From contig JBMNJG010000005.1 in the NCBI GenBank assembly GCA_050951545.1, positions 64,001 through 128,000 on the forward strand: a DNA stretch of 64,000 bases, in the 5' to 3' direction. The DNA is from Limnochordia bacterium (lineage in GTDB: Bacteria; Bacillota; Limnochordia; DTU080). Numbering within the stretch: the first letter of the stretch is position 1; each line of letters opens with the position of its first letter. Of this stretch, positions 28,205 through 37,987 are shown in pieces. Below the pieces are notes generated by a model. It did not search any database and was not told the origin of the DNA. It was given only the letters and a program-made list of their open reading frames with translations. A program made the translations under genes and the position numbers.

Positions 28205-30469
28205 CTACGTGTCGCTTTCGTTCTCAGCTCTTTCCAGCAGCACAAAGGTAATCTTGGCCTCTGAGACCGGGATCCGAAGAAGCTTGCAGTCGGAACCTAA
28301 CTCAGGTAGACACCCCAGAGAAGCGTACGTCATCTCATGTAGGCCGCGTACTGAGACGCGCCAGCAATCAGTCGCCCTGTCTCGCCCGGGCAGATGCTCT
28401 GGATCCACAGTGATCTGCTGTGCCTGCCCAGTCTTGTTCCAGACAGCTACGAGTGCGGTATCCCTCGCAGGAGCCTTTTGCTTGAGCACCTGGCGCCGAC
28501 GCCGCGCCTCCAGTGTGTACAGCTTAGCCACGACATCCGGAGGCGATGTCACTCCCACGTCGTCCATGAAACGGCCATAGGCGAAGAAGGGCCAAGCCGA
28601 CTCGCGTAGGGCTAGGCAGCGTCTGATCTCTTCCCACATTTCCGGATCCGTACGGAAGTTGCAGTAGCGAGCATCTTCCTGATCGTAGAACCAGAAGAAC
28701 ACGCCCACCACCACCGAGCGGTAAAGCTGCTCATAGGCCTGAGCCGACATGCGCGGTGGCCTGAACTTCTGCCCTTTGGACGGATAGACCATATCGACGA
28801 GACAGTGATCAGGGTAAACATAGCGATACATCTCGGGAAAGGACTCTATGTAGAAACAGGCCCGGATTAGCTGCGCCGAGACATACTGACCGAAAGCATC
28901 ACCGCAGCCCTCGATCATCGTGAAGGTGTCGGGAGCATCGGTGCGCAGTCCCTCTTCAATCCCCAACAGCGTGCGCACAGCATCCTGGTTCCAGCTACCA
29001 GCCGTCGGATGCCCGTGCCCCGTATCGTAGCATAGGTGAGGACTGACACAGCCAAAGCAGTCTAGATAGATGCCAGTGACTCCGAAGCTCTTCGCCAACC
29101 AGAGCACAGTGTCACGCATCAGTCTTTGATAAGCCGCCACCCCGCGGCAGCTCACGTAGAAATCCTCGTCGAAGAAATGCAACTGAAGCAGGCTACCATC
29201 ACGCTTGCGCACTGCCCAGCGCTGACCCATAGTGTCCGCATACTGTGAGCTCTTGCCGAATAGCGCTGCGTTGATATAGAGGGTCACGAAACCTGCCTTG
29301 TTCCGAATGTACTCAATGCCCCTAGCAAAGTCCAGCATCGTACCCAGCTCCAGGTCTGGGTAGTACTCCGGGTAAAGCTTGTCGAAGCCACCTGAGCTCC
29401 ACCCTGCCAAGAACAAGTGGTCGACGCCATCAGCCGCTGCGCGATCGTAGAGCATCGGAATGTCGGCAAAGTCGTGACAGATCGTGCCATCCTGCCACTT
29501 GAAGTCGTAATGAGCCATGAGAGCGTGGCGGCGCCGGAACCAGGCCGGAACCCTAGGGGATTGCATATGGCGTTCAGCCCAGGCGCGATAGCGATCAGCT
29601 CCCCAATGCCAGTCACCGTTGTGAAGACCGACTCCGTAGCGTGGTGACCGCCAGGAAGCCAGTCCCACGTGTTTGCTGATGGCCAGCCCGCTGCACTCAG
29701 CTTCAGGATCTGCCATCGCCATCAAGGTGGCATAGGCGAGACCCGGGTCGTATGAGGCTAAGTAGAGGCCATTCGTGGTACTATGCAAATCCAGCCAAGG
29801 CATTGACGCCCCACCGCAGTAGTGATGCCTGTAGACGAGACCATCGAGAGGCGTTCGGGCGGGACGAAACGCCGCCCCTGCAGGTGCCTGCCGAAGATTA
29901 CGAGCAGCCGTAGCCAGGAATGCAGGTACTCGCAGACCCGCATAGCGAGGAAAAAGAAGAGTATCCTCACTGCCAGCCTCGCTGAGCTGTATGCCGTGGA
30001 TGTAGGGGAAGAAAACTGCCTCAACGGCCATCCGAGGGTCCACACTCGCCAAACTGATCTCCCAATAACTCTCAGCGTCGTTTGGTAGTAACGTCACCGA
30101 GTATTCTAGCTGCACCTCGTACTTGATCTTTCCAATCTCTACGCCAGAGAAGGCATACGTGAGCCGTACGCCTCCACCTGGCACATCCGCAAGAAAGGGC
30201 GTGTCAGCCCTCATTTGATCAGGACCAACTCTCAGCTCTTGCCCACCGGACATCTGAAGACTAAGCTGAAACGGCATAGAACGGGCGCCACCAGAGCCGC
30301 GTTGGATGTACTCATGCCCAGTCTGCCGATTCTGCATGCCAATCAGAGCGCCCTTCGTGTCAAAAGAGAACTCCACGGCACTGTTTCGAAAATGGAGCTC
30401 GTCTTCTTGCCATTCAGCTTGCACCACGTCGTTATTCGAGCCCACGAGCATTCCAGAGCCATCACACAT
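28205..30469 (-). CDS. DUF6259-like putative glycoside hydrolase, copy 2
   Basis: Highly similar to 24446-26704 over most of its length. Confidence 0.65.
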   Translation of the reverse strand: MCDGSGMLVGSNNDVVQAEWQEDELHFRNSAVEFSFDTKGALIGMQNRQTGHEYIQRGSGGARSMPFQLSLQMSGGQELRVGPDQMRADTPFLADVPGGGVRLTYAFSGVEIGKIKYEVQLEYSVTLLPNDAESYWEISLASVDPRMAVEAVFFPYIHGIQLSEAGSEDTLLFPRYAGLRVPAFLATAARNLRQAPAGAAFRPARTPLDGLVYRHHYCGGASMPWLDLHSTTNGLYLASYDPGLAYATLMAMADPEAECSGLAISKHVGLASWRSPRYGVGLHNGDWHWGADRYRAWAERHMQSPRVPAWFRRRHALMAHYDFKWQDGTICHDFADIPMLYDRAAADGVDHLFLAGWSSGGFDKLYPEYYPDLELGTMLDFARGIEYIRNKAGFVTLYINAALFGKSSQYADTMGQRWAVRKRDGSLLQLHFFDEDFYVSCRGVAAYQRLMRDTVLWLAKSFGVTGIYLDCFGCVSPHLCYDTGHGHPTAGSWNQDAVRTLLGIEEGLRTDAPDTFTMIEGCGDAFGQYVSAQLIRACFYIESFPEMYRYVYPDHCLVDMVYPSKGQKFRPPRMSAQAYEQLYRSVVVGVFFWFYDQEDARYCNFRTDPEMWEEIRRCLALRESAWPFFAYGRFMDDVGVTSPPDVVAKLYTLEARRRRQVLKQKAPARDTALVAVWNKTGQAQQITVDPEHLPGRDRATDCWRVSVRGLHEMTYASLGCLPELGSDCKLLRIPVSEAKITFVLLERAENESDT

Positions 30470-30516
30470 CGAAAGCTAGACCTCCATCTCTAGACTGGTA
30501 TGTTGATCTGCCTCGC

Positions 30517-31746
30517 CTATTCCCACCTAAGGACTGCCGTAATATGCCTATCAAGCTCCTGCAGGGTCGATTCAATGGGCGATGTGTTGCGCCATACTCC
30601 ATTAAACGCCTTGTTCTTGATGTCAATGATATCAAAGTACCTCGGTGTAACAGGTTCAGCACGAGCGTACTCCATGGCCTTGAAGAACACATGATCGCGA
30701 GACTCCGTGAAGACCTCGCGAGCCACGGAGCGCAGTGGTGGCACTGTGAGACCTCCAGCTGCGAGAGCTCGTATGCCCGTCGGGCCTGACAGGTACTTCA
30801 CTAACTGAAACGCCGCCTCCGGATGCTGACTCTGAGCGTGAACGCCATGCGCCGAAGAAGCAATGCGATTGTACCGAGCCCGCCCGGAAGGCACTAAGGT
30901 GGCACCCCAGTTGACCTGAGCATCGTTATAGGCCCGCACCTGACTTCGAATTCCATACCCCATTGCCAACTGACCTTTGGCCATGGATGGCTGAGGTACG
31001 GTTGGAGGTGCTGCAACCCTCCACTCATGCATCAGCTGCCATATCCAGCGAACGGCCTCAACGCTTTCGGGCTTGCTCAAAGTGGCCTCGGTGCGTTCCT
31101 CGTTTAGGAACCGCCCGCCATTCTGCCAGATGATGCTGATGTTTCGATCATGAGTCGTCGGCGCCGATACTCCGTAAACAGGCTTGGTTTCTGACGGCCT
31201 CGTGAGCTTGCGCGCGGCCGCCAACAGATCATCCCATGTCCAGTCGTCGTGCGGTAGATCCACTCCACCTTCTAAGAAGCTGTCAACATTGTGATAGAGT
31301 ACCAGCGTAGACGACTCCCTAGGCAGTCCCAAAACCTGACCGTTGCGCGAAAACTCGTCCATAGAAGCTGCGTAGTAATCCCTGGTGAGACCCCCTTCCT
31401 TCGCAAGAAACGAATCAAGTGGGTAGAGCATATGTGTCGATAGCAGGTCACCCATGCTCCAGGTATGCATCCAGAAGGCATCAGGCGCCGTACCCGCCGC
31501 AGTCGTCACCAGCAGCCTCTCGTAGATGACAGGCGCGTTCCCTGCCACCCACTGCATATCCACCTTGATATCCGGATGGGCTTTCATAAAGCTGAGAAGA
31601 AGCTCGTCATACACCTCTTTCTCAACAACGTTGCCGCGCCCCATGTAGACGATGCTCACCTTAGCCGCTGACGGAAGCGCCAATACCAGAAGTAACAGAA
31701 TCCCCGATAATACCACTCGCCCACCATTGCTCCAGTGTCTCCGCAT
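30517..31746 (-). CDS. Sugar ABC solute-binding protein (paralog of 26739-27983)
   Basis: MQWVAGNAP, MGDL.STHML, LPRESSTLVL; AAGGAGGT RBS before ATG 31746. Confidence 0.9.
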   Translation of the reverse strand: MRRHWSNGGRVVLSGILLLLVLALPSAAKVSIVYMGRGNVVEKEVYDELLLSFMKAHPDIKVDMQWVAGNAPVIYERLLVTTAAGTAPDAFWMHTWSMGDLLSTHMLYPLDSFLAKEGGLTRDYYAASMDEFSRNGQVLGLPRESSTLVLYHNVDSFLEGGVDLPHDDWTWDDLLAAARKLTRPSETKPVYGVSAPTTHDRNISIIWQNGGRFLNEERTEATLSKPESVEAVRWIWQLMHEWRVAAPPTVPQPSMAKGQLAMGYGIRSQVRAYNDAQVNWGATLVPSGRARYNRIASSAHGVHAQSQHPEAAFQLVKYLSGPTGIRALAAGGLTVPPLRSVAREVFTESRDHVFFKAMEYARAEPVTPRYFDIIDIKNKAFNGVWRNTSPIESTLQELDRHITAVLRWE

Positions 31747-31857
31747 GCTGATTACCTCCTTCAAATGCAGGTATTGGGCGTCTTGGCGATTAATCCTTCT
31801 AATTTGGTGGGCTGAAGCGAGATTTCTTTCCTTGCGCAGCGCAGCAGTCGTCGATCA

Positions 31858-31885
31858 GCAGGAAAACTTTCTTCCTCGGGAGAAC
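31858..31885 (+). promoter_or_regulatory. SigH-like promoter
   Basis: GCAGGAAAACTTTCTTCCTCGGGAGAAC upstream of the RpiR gene. Confidence 0.45.
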
Positions 31886-31920
31886 ATCTGAGAGAATCGA
31901 TAGATGTGGGGGGCTCTGTC

Positions 31921-32796
31921 TTGACGTCACAGACGAGCAAGGCTCCAACAATCATTCAGGAGTGCACACTGCGCCTGCGCACCTTCCTACCCAGCGTTAG
32001 GCCATCTGAGAGAAAGGTGGCGCAGTACATTCTCAGCAACCCTGAGTCTGTAGTGGAACTGCCGATTACAGAACTGGCTAGGTTGAGTGGTGTGAGCGAC
32101 GCCACAGTCGTGAAACTCTGCCAACGCGTGGGCTATTCCGGGTTTCAAGAACTGAAGATCAACCTCGCGCGGGAGCTTTCTATGCCGTATAAGCGCGTGT
32201 ATGGGAAAGTGAAACCTGGCGACACCATGGAGGAGATCAAGGAAAAAGCGTTCAGCCACAACGAACGCGCTCTGCATGACACGGCTCGTATTCTCAACAG
32301 TGTTGAACTCGAAAGCGCGGTCTCTGCTCTTAGTGCCGCGCCTCGCATTCACTTCTATGGCTCAGGGGCATCGGGTATTGTGGCCTTAGACGCTGAGCAG
32401 AAGTTTCTGCGGATTGGGATGAACTGTCAGGCCTTTAACGATCCGCATCTTGGTGCCACAGCCGCGGCCTTACTTGACAAGGGCGCTGTAGCTGTGGGCA
32501 TTAGCCATAGTGGAGCGACCCGCGATACGGTAGACTCTCTAACGATTGCCCATCGAGCAGGTGCGACGACCGTCTGTATCACCAACGCCATGGGTTCGCC
32601 TATTGCGCAAGCAGCCGACACTGTTCTTCTCACAGCCGTGGCAGAGAGCGACTTTCGCGGAGGGGCTATGGCTTCTCGTATAGCCCAGCTAAGCGTCATC
32701 GACATTCTTTTCATCGGCGTGGCACTAGGGCGTCACGATCATACGATGCAGTGTCTTGCCAAAACCCTTGAGGCGGTGGCACATAAGCGGTACTGA
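31921..32796 (+). CDS. MurR/RpiR family transcriptional regulator
   Basis: N-terminal HTH (ITELARLSGVSDATVVKLCQRVGYSGF) plus SIS domain (YGSGASG, ISHSGAT). Confidence 0.93.
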   Translation: MTSQTSKAPTIIQECTLRLRTFLPSVRPSERKVAQYILSNPESVVELPITELARLSGVSDATVVKLCQRVGYSGFQELKINLARELSMPYKRVYGKVKPGDTMEEIKEKAFSHNERALHDTARILNSVELESAVSALSAAPRIHFYGSGASGIVALDAEQKFLRIGMNCQAFNDPHLGATAAALLDKGAVAVGISHSGATRDTVDSLTIAHRAGATTVCITNAMGSPIAQAADTVLLTAVAESDFRGGAMASRIAQLSVIDILFIGVALGRHDHTMQCLAKTLEAVAHKRY

Positions 32797-32826
32797 AGGC
32801 TGCCTGACCGCCAAGGAGGTTCTTTA

Positions 32827-33732
32827 GTGGAGAGACTCGCCGACCTAACCACGGAATCACGCTCGCCTTATACCGATCTGGATACACGAAGCATACCTGA
32901 GATTCTGAGCATCATCAGTCAAGAGGATGCACGGGTTCCGGCTGCTGTGGCCCAGGAGTTGCCCCAGATCGCTCGAGCTGTCGAGCTTATTGTGAGTCGC
33001 CTTGCAAAAGGCGGGCGTCTTTTCTACGTCGGAGCTGGCACGAGCGGACGCCTCGGCATGTTGGATGCTGCAGAGTGTCCGCCGACGTTCGGTGTGCCAA
33101 CGGATATGGTCCAAGGAGTGATCGCGGGAGGCCAGGCCGCCCTCGTCTCGTCCATTGAGGCCGTCGAAGACAGCCAAGAGGTAGGGGCTAGTGACCTTGC
33201 TGCGCGGGGCTGCAGCCAAACAGACGCCGTCGTAGCTATTGCCGCTAGCGGACGCACCCCCTATTGTCTAGGGGCTTTGCGCTACGCCGCCTCCGTAGGA
33301 GCCGCCCGTATTGCCTTGGTGTGCAACACCGACTCCCTGATGTCAGCAGAAGCCGAAGTCACCATTGCACCCGTTGTGGGGCCAGAGGTCATCATGGGCT
33401 CAACACGCATGAAGGCGGGTACTGCGCAGAAGCTGGTGCTCAACATGCTGAGCACCGCGTCAATGATCAGGCTGGGTAAGGTCTATGGCAATCTCATGGT
33501 CGATCTGACCCCAACCAACAGCAAGCTAATCTGTAGAGCCCGGCGTATAGTAGAGCTGGCTACAGGCGCAGACGCGTCCACGACTAGTGAAGCTTTGCAG
33601 GCCAGCGGCTACGACGTCAAGGCAGCCATCGTGATGATTTTGGCCAACTGCCCGTTCCAGACAGCCCGAGAGTTGCTTAGTGCAGCAGACGGTCGTGTGC
33701 GAACCGCCATCCAGATGGCTCAGGAAAGCTAG
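32827..33732 (+). CDS. murQ: N-acetylmuramic acid 6-phosphate etherase
   Basis: GAGTSGRLG.LDA.ECPPTFG, GPEVIMGSTRMKAGTAQKLVLNMLST, GNLMVD. Confidence 0.96.
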   Translation: MERLADLTTESRSPYTDLDTRSIPEILSIISQEDARVPAAVAQELPQIARAVELIVSRLAKGGRLFYVGAGTSGRLGMLDAAECPPTFGVPTDMVQGVIAGGQAALVSSIEAVEDSQEVGASDLAARGCSQTDAVVAIAASGRTPYCLGALRYAASVGAARIALVCNTDSLMSAEAEVTIAPVVGPEVIMGSTRMKAGTAQKLVLNMLSTASMIRLGKVYGNLMVDLTPTNSKLICRARRIVELATGADASTTSEALQASGYDVKAAIVMILANCPFQTARELLSAADGRVRTAIQMAQES

Positions 33733-35014
33733 GTGCATCACCATCGACGCCAGATCACGTAACTGCCGCCTCCCCTGGCCTATGCTGGTGGCCTGCATGA
33801 CCGAAGGCATTGCCTGGGCCGTGTTGCATGGCTATGGTCCTCTGTATCTGCGCCAAGCTTTGGGCGAAACTCGCTTAAGTATGGTAGCCCTGTGCACAGG
33901 CCTAATGTCACTCACTACATGCGTCATGGCCAATGTCTGGGGACGGTGGGCCGATAGAGGAATCTCTACGTTTGGACTTATCCGGGGCGGCCTGACGGGA
34001 GCGACGGCTATAGCACTCCTGTTTCCATGGGTGAAGCACTCGCTCCTGTATGTCATGCTATGCATGTCCATATGTGCCTGTCTGGCGGGGGTCGCCCCCC
34101 TAACGCTAGCTTGGGCCACTGCGCAGAACCCAGAGCAACCAGGAAGGCAGGTTAGTCGGTTCTACCGCACACGAGCGATCGGCAGCACCCTGGGCAGCTT
34201 TGGCGGTAGCCTGCTGGTGAGATTGACGGGCATTGAGGGTTTCGTGCTCGCCTTGCGGACAACAGCCGCTTTCTTCCTGATGGCGGTGCTTGCCCTCCGC
34301 CTGACTGGGCCTGGCTACACCGATCCCCGCACCACGCGCAGTCTCGGCAGGCCTGTTCCCCCACATGCCGTGGGGGCGGCTTCCCTCTGGCGCGACCCCT
34401 TGGTCACAGCCATGGCGGTGGCGGTCTTTTTCAGCTTTGGTAGCAACGAAACGTTCTTCTCTCTCGTGGGCCCCTACTACACCGAGTATCTGGCGGGGTC
34501 AGCAGCAGATCTGGGACTAGCCCTTGGGGTCGCTGGCATTGTTGGATTGCTGGCGTCGGGCCCGGTGGGCCGTTTGGTCGACTGGCGCGGGCCTCGCAAC
34601 GCCTTCATCTTCGGCACCATCAGCTATATTGGGGTCTACGGGCTACTCTGCCTCTTCCATAGCCCGCTCGCCGTCCTGATCCTGTTTGCCGTTCCTGTCT
34701 ACCCACTGATCGCCATCGGCGCTACTGGACTGCTAAACCAGCACGTGGCGCCTGGGCAACGAGCCGAAGCGATGGCGACTTTTGAGGGAAGTGCAGCCTT
34801 AGCCCTAGCTGGCGGCAGTCTCTTTGCGGGCCTAGGAACCGACCGTTTGGGCCTGGCTGCGCTACCGTTTATCTCTCTAATCCTGGCGATCGTAGGAGCT
34901 GCTATCACCTTGCTCAGGGTCAGAGAGCTGACCCGCTTGGCAGGGAAAGCTGTTGAGCGTTATAGCGCAACACATCGATCAGAGTCCTGGTTCCCCCGTG
35001 ACCAGGAAAGTTGA
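33680..35014 (+). CDS. MFS transporter (start uncertain)
   Basis: About 12 hydrophobic segments; WGRWADR and GRLVDWRGPR motif-A loops. Confidence 0.8.
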   Translation: MQQTVVCEPPSRWLRKARCITIDARSRNCRLPWPMLVACMTEGIAWAVLHGYGPLYLRQALGETRLSMVALCTGLMSLTTCVMANVWGRWADRGISTFGLIRGGLTGATAIALLFPWVKHSLLYVMLCMSICACLAGVAPLTLAWATAQNPEQPGRQVSRFYRTRAIGSTLGSFGGSLLVRLTGIEGFVLALRTTAAFFLMAVLALRLTGPGYTDPRTTRSLGRPVPPHAVGAASLWRDPLVTAMAVAVFFSFGSNETFFSLVGPYYTEYLAGSAADLGLALGVAGIVGLLASGPVGRLVDWRGPRNAFIFGTISYIGVYGLLCLFHSPLAVLILFAVPVYPLIAIGATGLLNQHVAPGQRAEAMATFEGSAALALAGGSLFAGLGTDRLGLAALPFISLILAIVGAAITLLRVRELTRLAGKAVERYSATHRSESWFPRDQES

Positions 35015-35687
35015 TCAAGATCGCTCGCGGGGCCTTGGCCTCTGCGGCGATCCCCGCTCCTTGAGCATTGTGCCAGTTGTCAACGACGATCTCGGGCTTA
35101 GCCTTGATGAGCTCTGCCATCTGCACCGCTGTCAGCTCCTCGCCGCCGCCGAAGACACCTACCACCTCCAAGCCCATCCAGCGCGCATACTTCTGTAGAA
35201 ATCCGTGTACAACAGCTCTTTTGCCCATAAGGCCTTTCTGCTTCGCCTCTGTCAAGATATCTGCCGTGACGCGATCTAGCTCTGCCTCCCACTTGGCCTG
35301 CGCAGTCTGGGTGCCGAAGACCTTGGCCAAGGCTTGCGTCTGCTCTTTCAACGTCGCAGGAACGTTATCGGTAAAGACTGCCACCATCTTGTCAACGGGA
35401 ACCGCACCTGCTGCCTGAATCTTACGCATGAACACTTCATAGCCAGCCCACACCACGTAATCAGCATCCATCACGCGCTTGATATCCCCAGGCTTGAAGT
35501 CATACTCTGGTGGATGTCTTAGGTCAAGGGGAGCCAAGACGTCCACACGCGTCGCCCCTGCTGCTTCCGCTAGCGCTCCCACCCAAGAGGTAGAGGCTAC
35601 CACCCTCACCTCTCGCGCAGTAGCAGTGCCAGCTATCGCGAGACCAATGATCACTGCCCACACCGCAATTCTGCTCCGATACTGCAT
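34920..35687 (-). CDS. Metal ABC transporter substrate-binding protein (ZnuA/TroA-like, short)
   Basis: VVASTSWV, HPPEYDFKPGD; signal peptide ending ATA; in operon with permease and ATPase. Confidence 0.78.
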   Translation of the reverse strand: MQYRSRIAVWAVIIGLAIAGTATAREVRVVASTSWVGALAEAAGATRVDVLAPLDLRHPPEYDFKPGDIKRVMDADYVVWAGYEVFMRKIQAAGAVPVDKMVAVFTDNVPATLKEQTQALAKVFGTQTAQAKWEAELDRVTADILTEAKQKGLMGKRAVVHGFLQKYARWMGLEVVGVFGGGEELTAVQMAELIKAKPEIVVDNWHNAQGAGIAAEAKAPRAILINFPGHGGTRTLIDVLRYNAQQLSLPSGSAL

Positions 35688-35704
35688 CAGAACACCTCCG
35701 CTGA

Positions 35705-36544
35705 CTATAGTACTGGCGATCGCTGCGCCGCCGGCAATCTGATAAGCTGACAACCCGCCAACACAAGCACTCCCACCAAGGCCACGGTTGCGCTGATAGG
35801 CAGATCCCATACCACTGCTACCAACAGCCCCAGCCCACTCTGCACCAACCCAAAGATAGCGGTGAAGATCATGGCCTGTTTGAGGCTACGCGCGCGTGGA
35901 AGGGCAGCTGTCGCAGGGATCAGTACGATGGCATCCACCATCAGGGCTCCTACCAGACGCATGGCCACACCAATGGCCAGGCCCAGGAGCACGAGAAGCG
36001 AGTAGTGCACAAGCCCTGTCCTCACGCCAAGCGCGGCTGCCAACTCCTTGTTGTAGAGAACCAAGTTCACCTCCCAATACCATATAGACATGATGAAGAC
36101 CACGCAAACCCCCAGGGCCAGCGTGATCCAGACATCCCTCCCCGACAGCATAAGAATGCTGCCTGTAAAGATGGAGAATGCATCCATGGCTGGAATGTTG
36201 GCCTTGTACAACAGCAAGAAACTCACCGCTAAGCTTCCCGTCATGAAAAGCGCACTGGTCATGCCCACATTCAGCTTTGCCCGATCAGAGACGGGGCCAA
36301 AAAGCAACGAACCTCCCGTAATAGACACCATAGCGAGAATCAGGGGATCGAGTCCACTGATCAAGGCAGCCGTAGCCCCAAGGAGACCTAGGTGCATCAG
36401 TGCAAAGCGCAAGGCAGAAAGGTTAAAGACGACCACCACAATACCTAGCAAAGAAAGGGTCACTGAAGCTACCAGCAGGCTAACCACAGCTCGTTGCATG
36501 AAAGGCAGCGAAAACAGGGCCAGCCGTTCAGCAAGCTCAGCCAT
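35705..36544 (-). CDS. Metal ABC transporter permease (ZnuB/ABC-3 type)
   Basis: FMQRA, ALMHLGLLG, MRLVGALMVDAIVLIPA, DLPISAT. Confidence 0.88.
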   Translation of the reverse strand: MAELAERLALFSLPFMQRAVVSLLVASVTLSLLGIVVVVFNLSALRFALMHLGLLGATAALISGLDPLILAMVSITGGSLLFGPVSDRAKLNVGMTSALFMTGSLAVSFLLLYKANIPAMDAFSIFTGSILMLSGRDVWITLALGVCVVFIMSIWYWEVNLVLYNKELAAALGVRTGLVHYSLLVLLGLAIGVAMRLVGALMVDAIVLIPATAALPRARSLKQAMIFTAIFGLVQSGLGLLVAVVWDLPISATVALVGVLVLAGCQLIRLPAAQRSPVL

Positions 36545-37226
36545 GTGCGACCTCCTCAATCCTCATGTCACGAATAGTAAGCATCCTCGCACAATGTGCG
36601 GAGACAAGCTCGTGATCGTGAGTGATTATCAGAAACGAGATGCCCTTTCGCCTGTTCAGTTGAGTGACCAGATCCAGAATACCTCGCTGCGCCTCTGGAT
36701 CCAGGAAAGTCGTGGGCTCGTCCATCAGAATGAGGTCCGGCTCTCGCACTACTGCCCGCGCCAGAGCCGTTCGCTGCTGCAGTCCCCCCGACAACTCTCG
36801 CCAATCGAGATCCTTGTAGGCAGAGAGTGCCACAGTGTCTAGGGCCTTTTCTACCGCTTGCCGGTCCTCTCTGCTTGGGCGTCGTCGCCCCTTGAAGGAG
36901 CTCCCCCAGCGTCCGATAAGCACCGAATCGTAGACGGAAATGGGCAGAAGTCCAGCACTGCTCTGCTGCGGCACATAGCCGAGCCTACGTCGGGCTGTGG
37001 TGATTCGCTTGGCGCTCGTCAAGGGTAGCCCCAAAACCTCCACAGTGCCGCTTACTGGCCGCAAAAGCCCGAGAATTACCTTAAAGAGTGTGGTCTTACC
37101 TATCCCATTGGGACCGACTAACCCAACACATTCACCCTGGCTTACTGTCATGTGTGCCTGGTCCAGCACCACATGCCCCGGGTAGCCAGCGACGATCTCA
37201 TTCAGTTGGATGCAAACCTCAACCAT
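36537..37226 (-). CDS. Metal ABC transporter ATP-binding protein
   Basis: GPNGIGKTT, GYVPQ, LSGGLQQR, MDEPT, ITHD. Confidence 0.9.
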   Translation of the reverse strand: MVEVCIQLNEIVAGYPGHVVLDQAHMTVSQGECVGLVGPNGIGKTTLFKVILGLLRPVSGTVEVLGLPLTSAKRITTARRRLGYVPQQSSAGLLPISVYDSVLIGRWGSSFKGRRRPSREDRQAVEKALDTVALSAYKDLDWRELSGGLQQRTALARAVVREPDLILMDEPTTFLDPEAQRGILDLVTQLNRRKGISFLIITHDHELVSAHCARMLTIRDMRIEEVAHG

Positions 37227-37833
37227 CGGCTCTTTTGCCTCCAACCAGGTAGAAATCGTCGGTATCGCAGACCTCGGACACCACAAACCCAACCTCGAGC
37301 AGGTGCTGTGCCACCTGCTCTGCTGGCTCCAATAGATCCTGCCGGATTAGCGCATCACGAGATGAACCATGTATGGCATTGATAAAACCCCGACTACGAA
37401 AATGCGATACGGCAATTCTCGCTCCCGGTCTAGCCACGCGCGAAAGCTCGAGCAGAGTCCCCTGTCTGTCAGCGAAATGAGGGTAGACTCCGTTGCAGAC
37501 AATCACGTCGACAGAAGCATCATCAAAGGGCAGATCAATGGCATCCGCGCGCAGGAAACGAAGTGTTTCCTGGCCCTTATACTTCGCTGCAGCCACCTCG
37601 AGCATCTTCGTGGAAAGGTCGCAAGCGATCACTTGTGCGGGCTGCTGCTCCAATAGGTAGCGAAGCAAAAAACCTGTTCCGCTGCCCACGTCGAGTACGA
37701 CATCCTCCGGACCGATGGCCAAAACAGACAACAACCGTCCCACATGCCTCTCTGCCGGAGCGACCATAGTAGCATCCCATGTCACCGACAACTGATCAAA
37801 ATAGGCTGCTCGCCGATCATCAAAGTTGCGCAC
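37219..37833 (-). CDS. Class I SAM-dependent methyltransferase
   Basis: VLDVGSGTG, DLSTKML, LPFDDASVD, RPGAR. Confidence 0.88.
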   Translation of the reverse strand: MRNFDDRRAAYFDQLSVTWDATMVAPAERHVGRLLSVLAIGPEDVVLDVGSGTGFLLRYLLEQQPAQVIACDLSTKMLEVAAAKYKGQETLRFLRADAIDLPFDDASVDVIVCNGVYPHFADRQGTLLELSRVARPGARIAVSHFRSRGFINAIHGSSRDALIRQDLLEPAEQVAQHLLEVGFVVSEVCDTDDFYLVGGKRADG

Positions 37834-37851
37834 GATGGCCACCTCGCGTTG

Positions 37852-37879
37852 TTGCTACGAACCCCTCGTATCGTGTTAC
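37852..37879. promoter_or_regulatory. Possible NikR-type operator
   Basis: TTGCTAC-N14-GTGTTAC half-sites 21 bp apart, just upstream of the methyltransferase/metal ABC operon. Confidence 0.35.
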
Positions 37880-37987
37880 TACCTGTGCGTATTTGCCCAC
37901 CGCTCCCCATCTTCCTGCCAGGACGAGCTAGTTGGTTGTCCAATGTCGCGGCAAAAGGAGTCGGCAACTCCTCGCCCCGAGGTGTCA

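Noticed and set aside
34920-35014. Convergent 3' overlaps (MFS/metal SBP; also 61431-61495)
   Set aside because: Short tail-to-tail overlaps are common and do not imply function by themselves.
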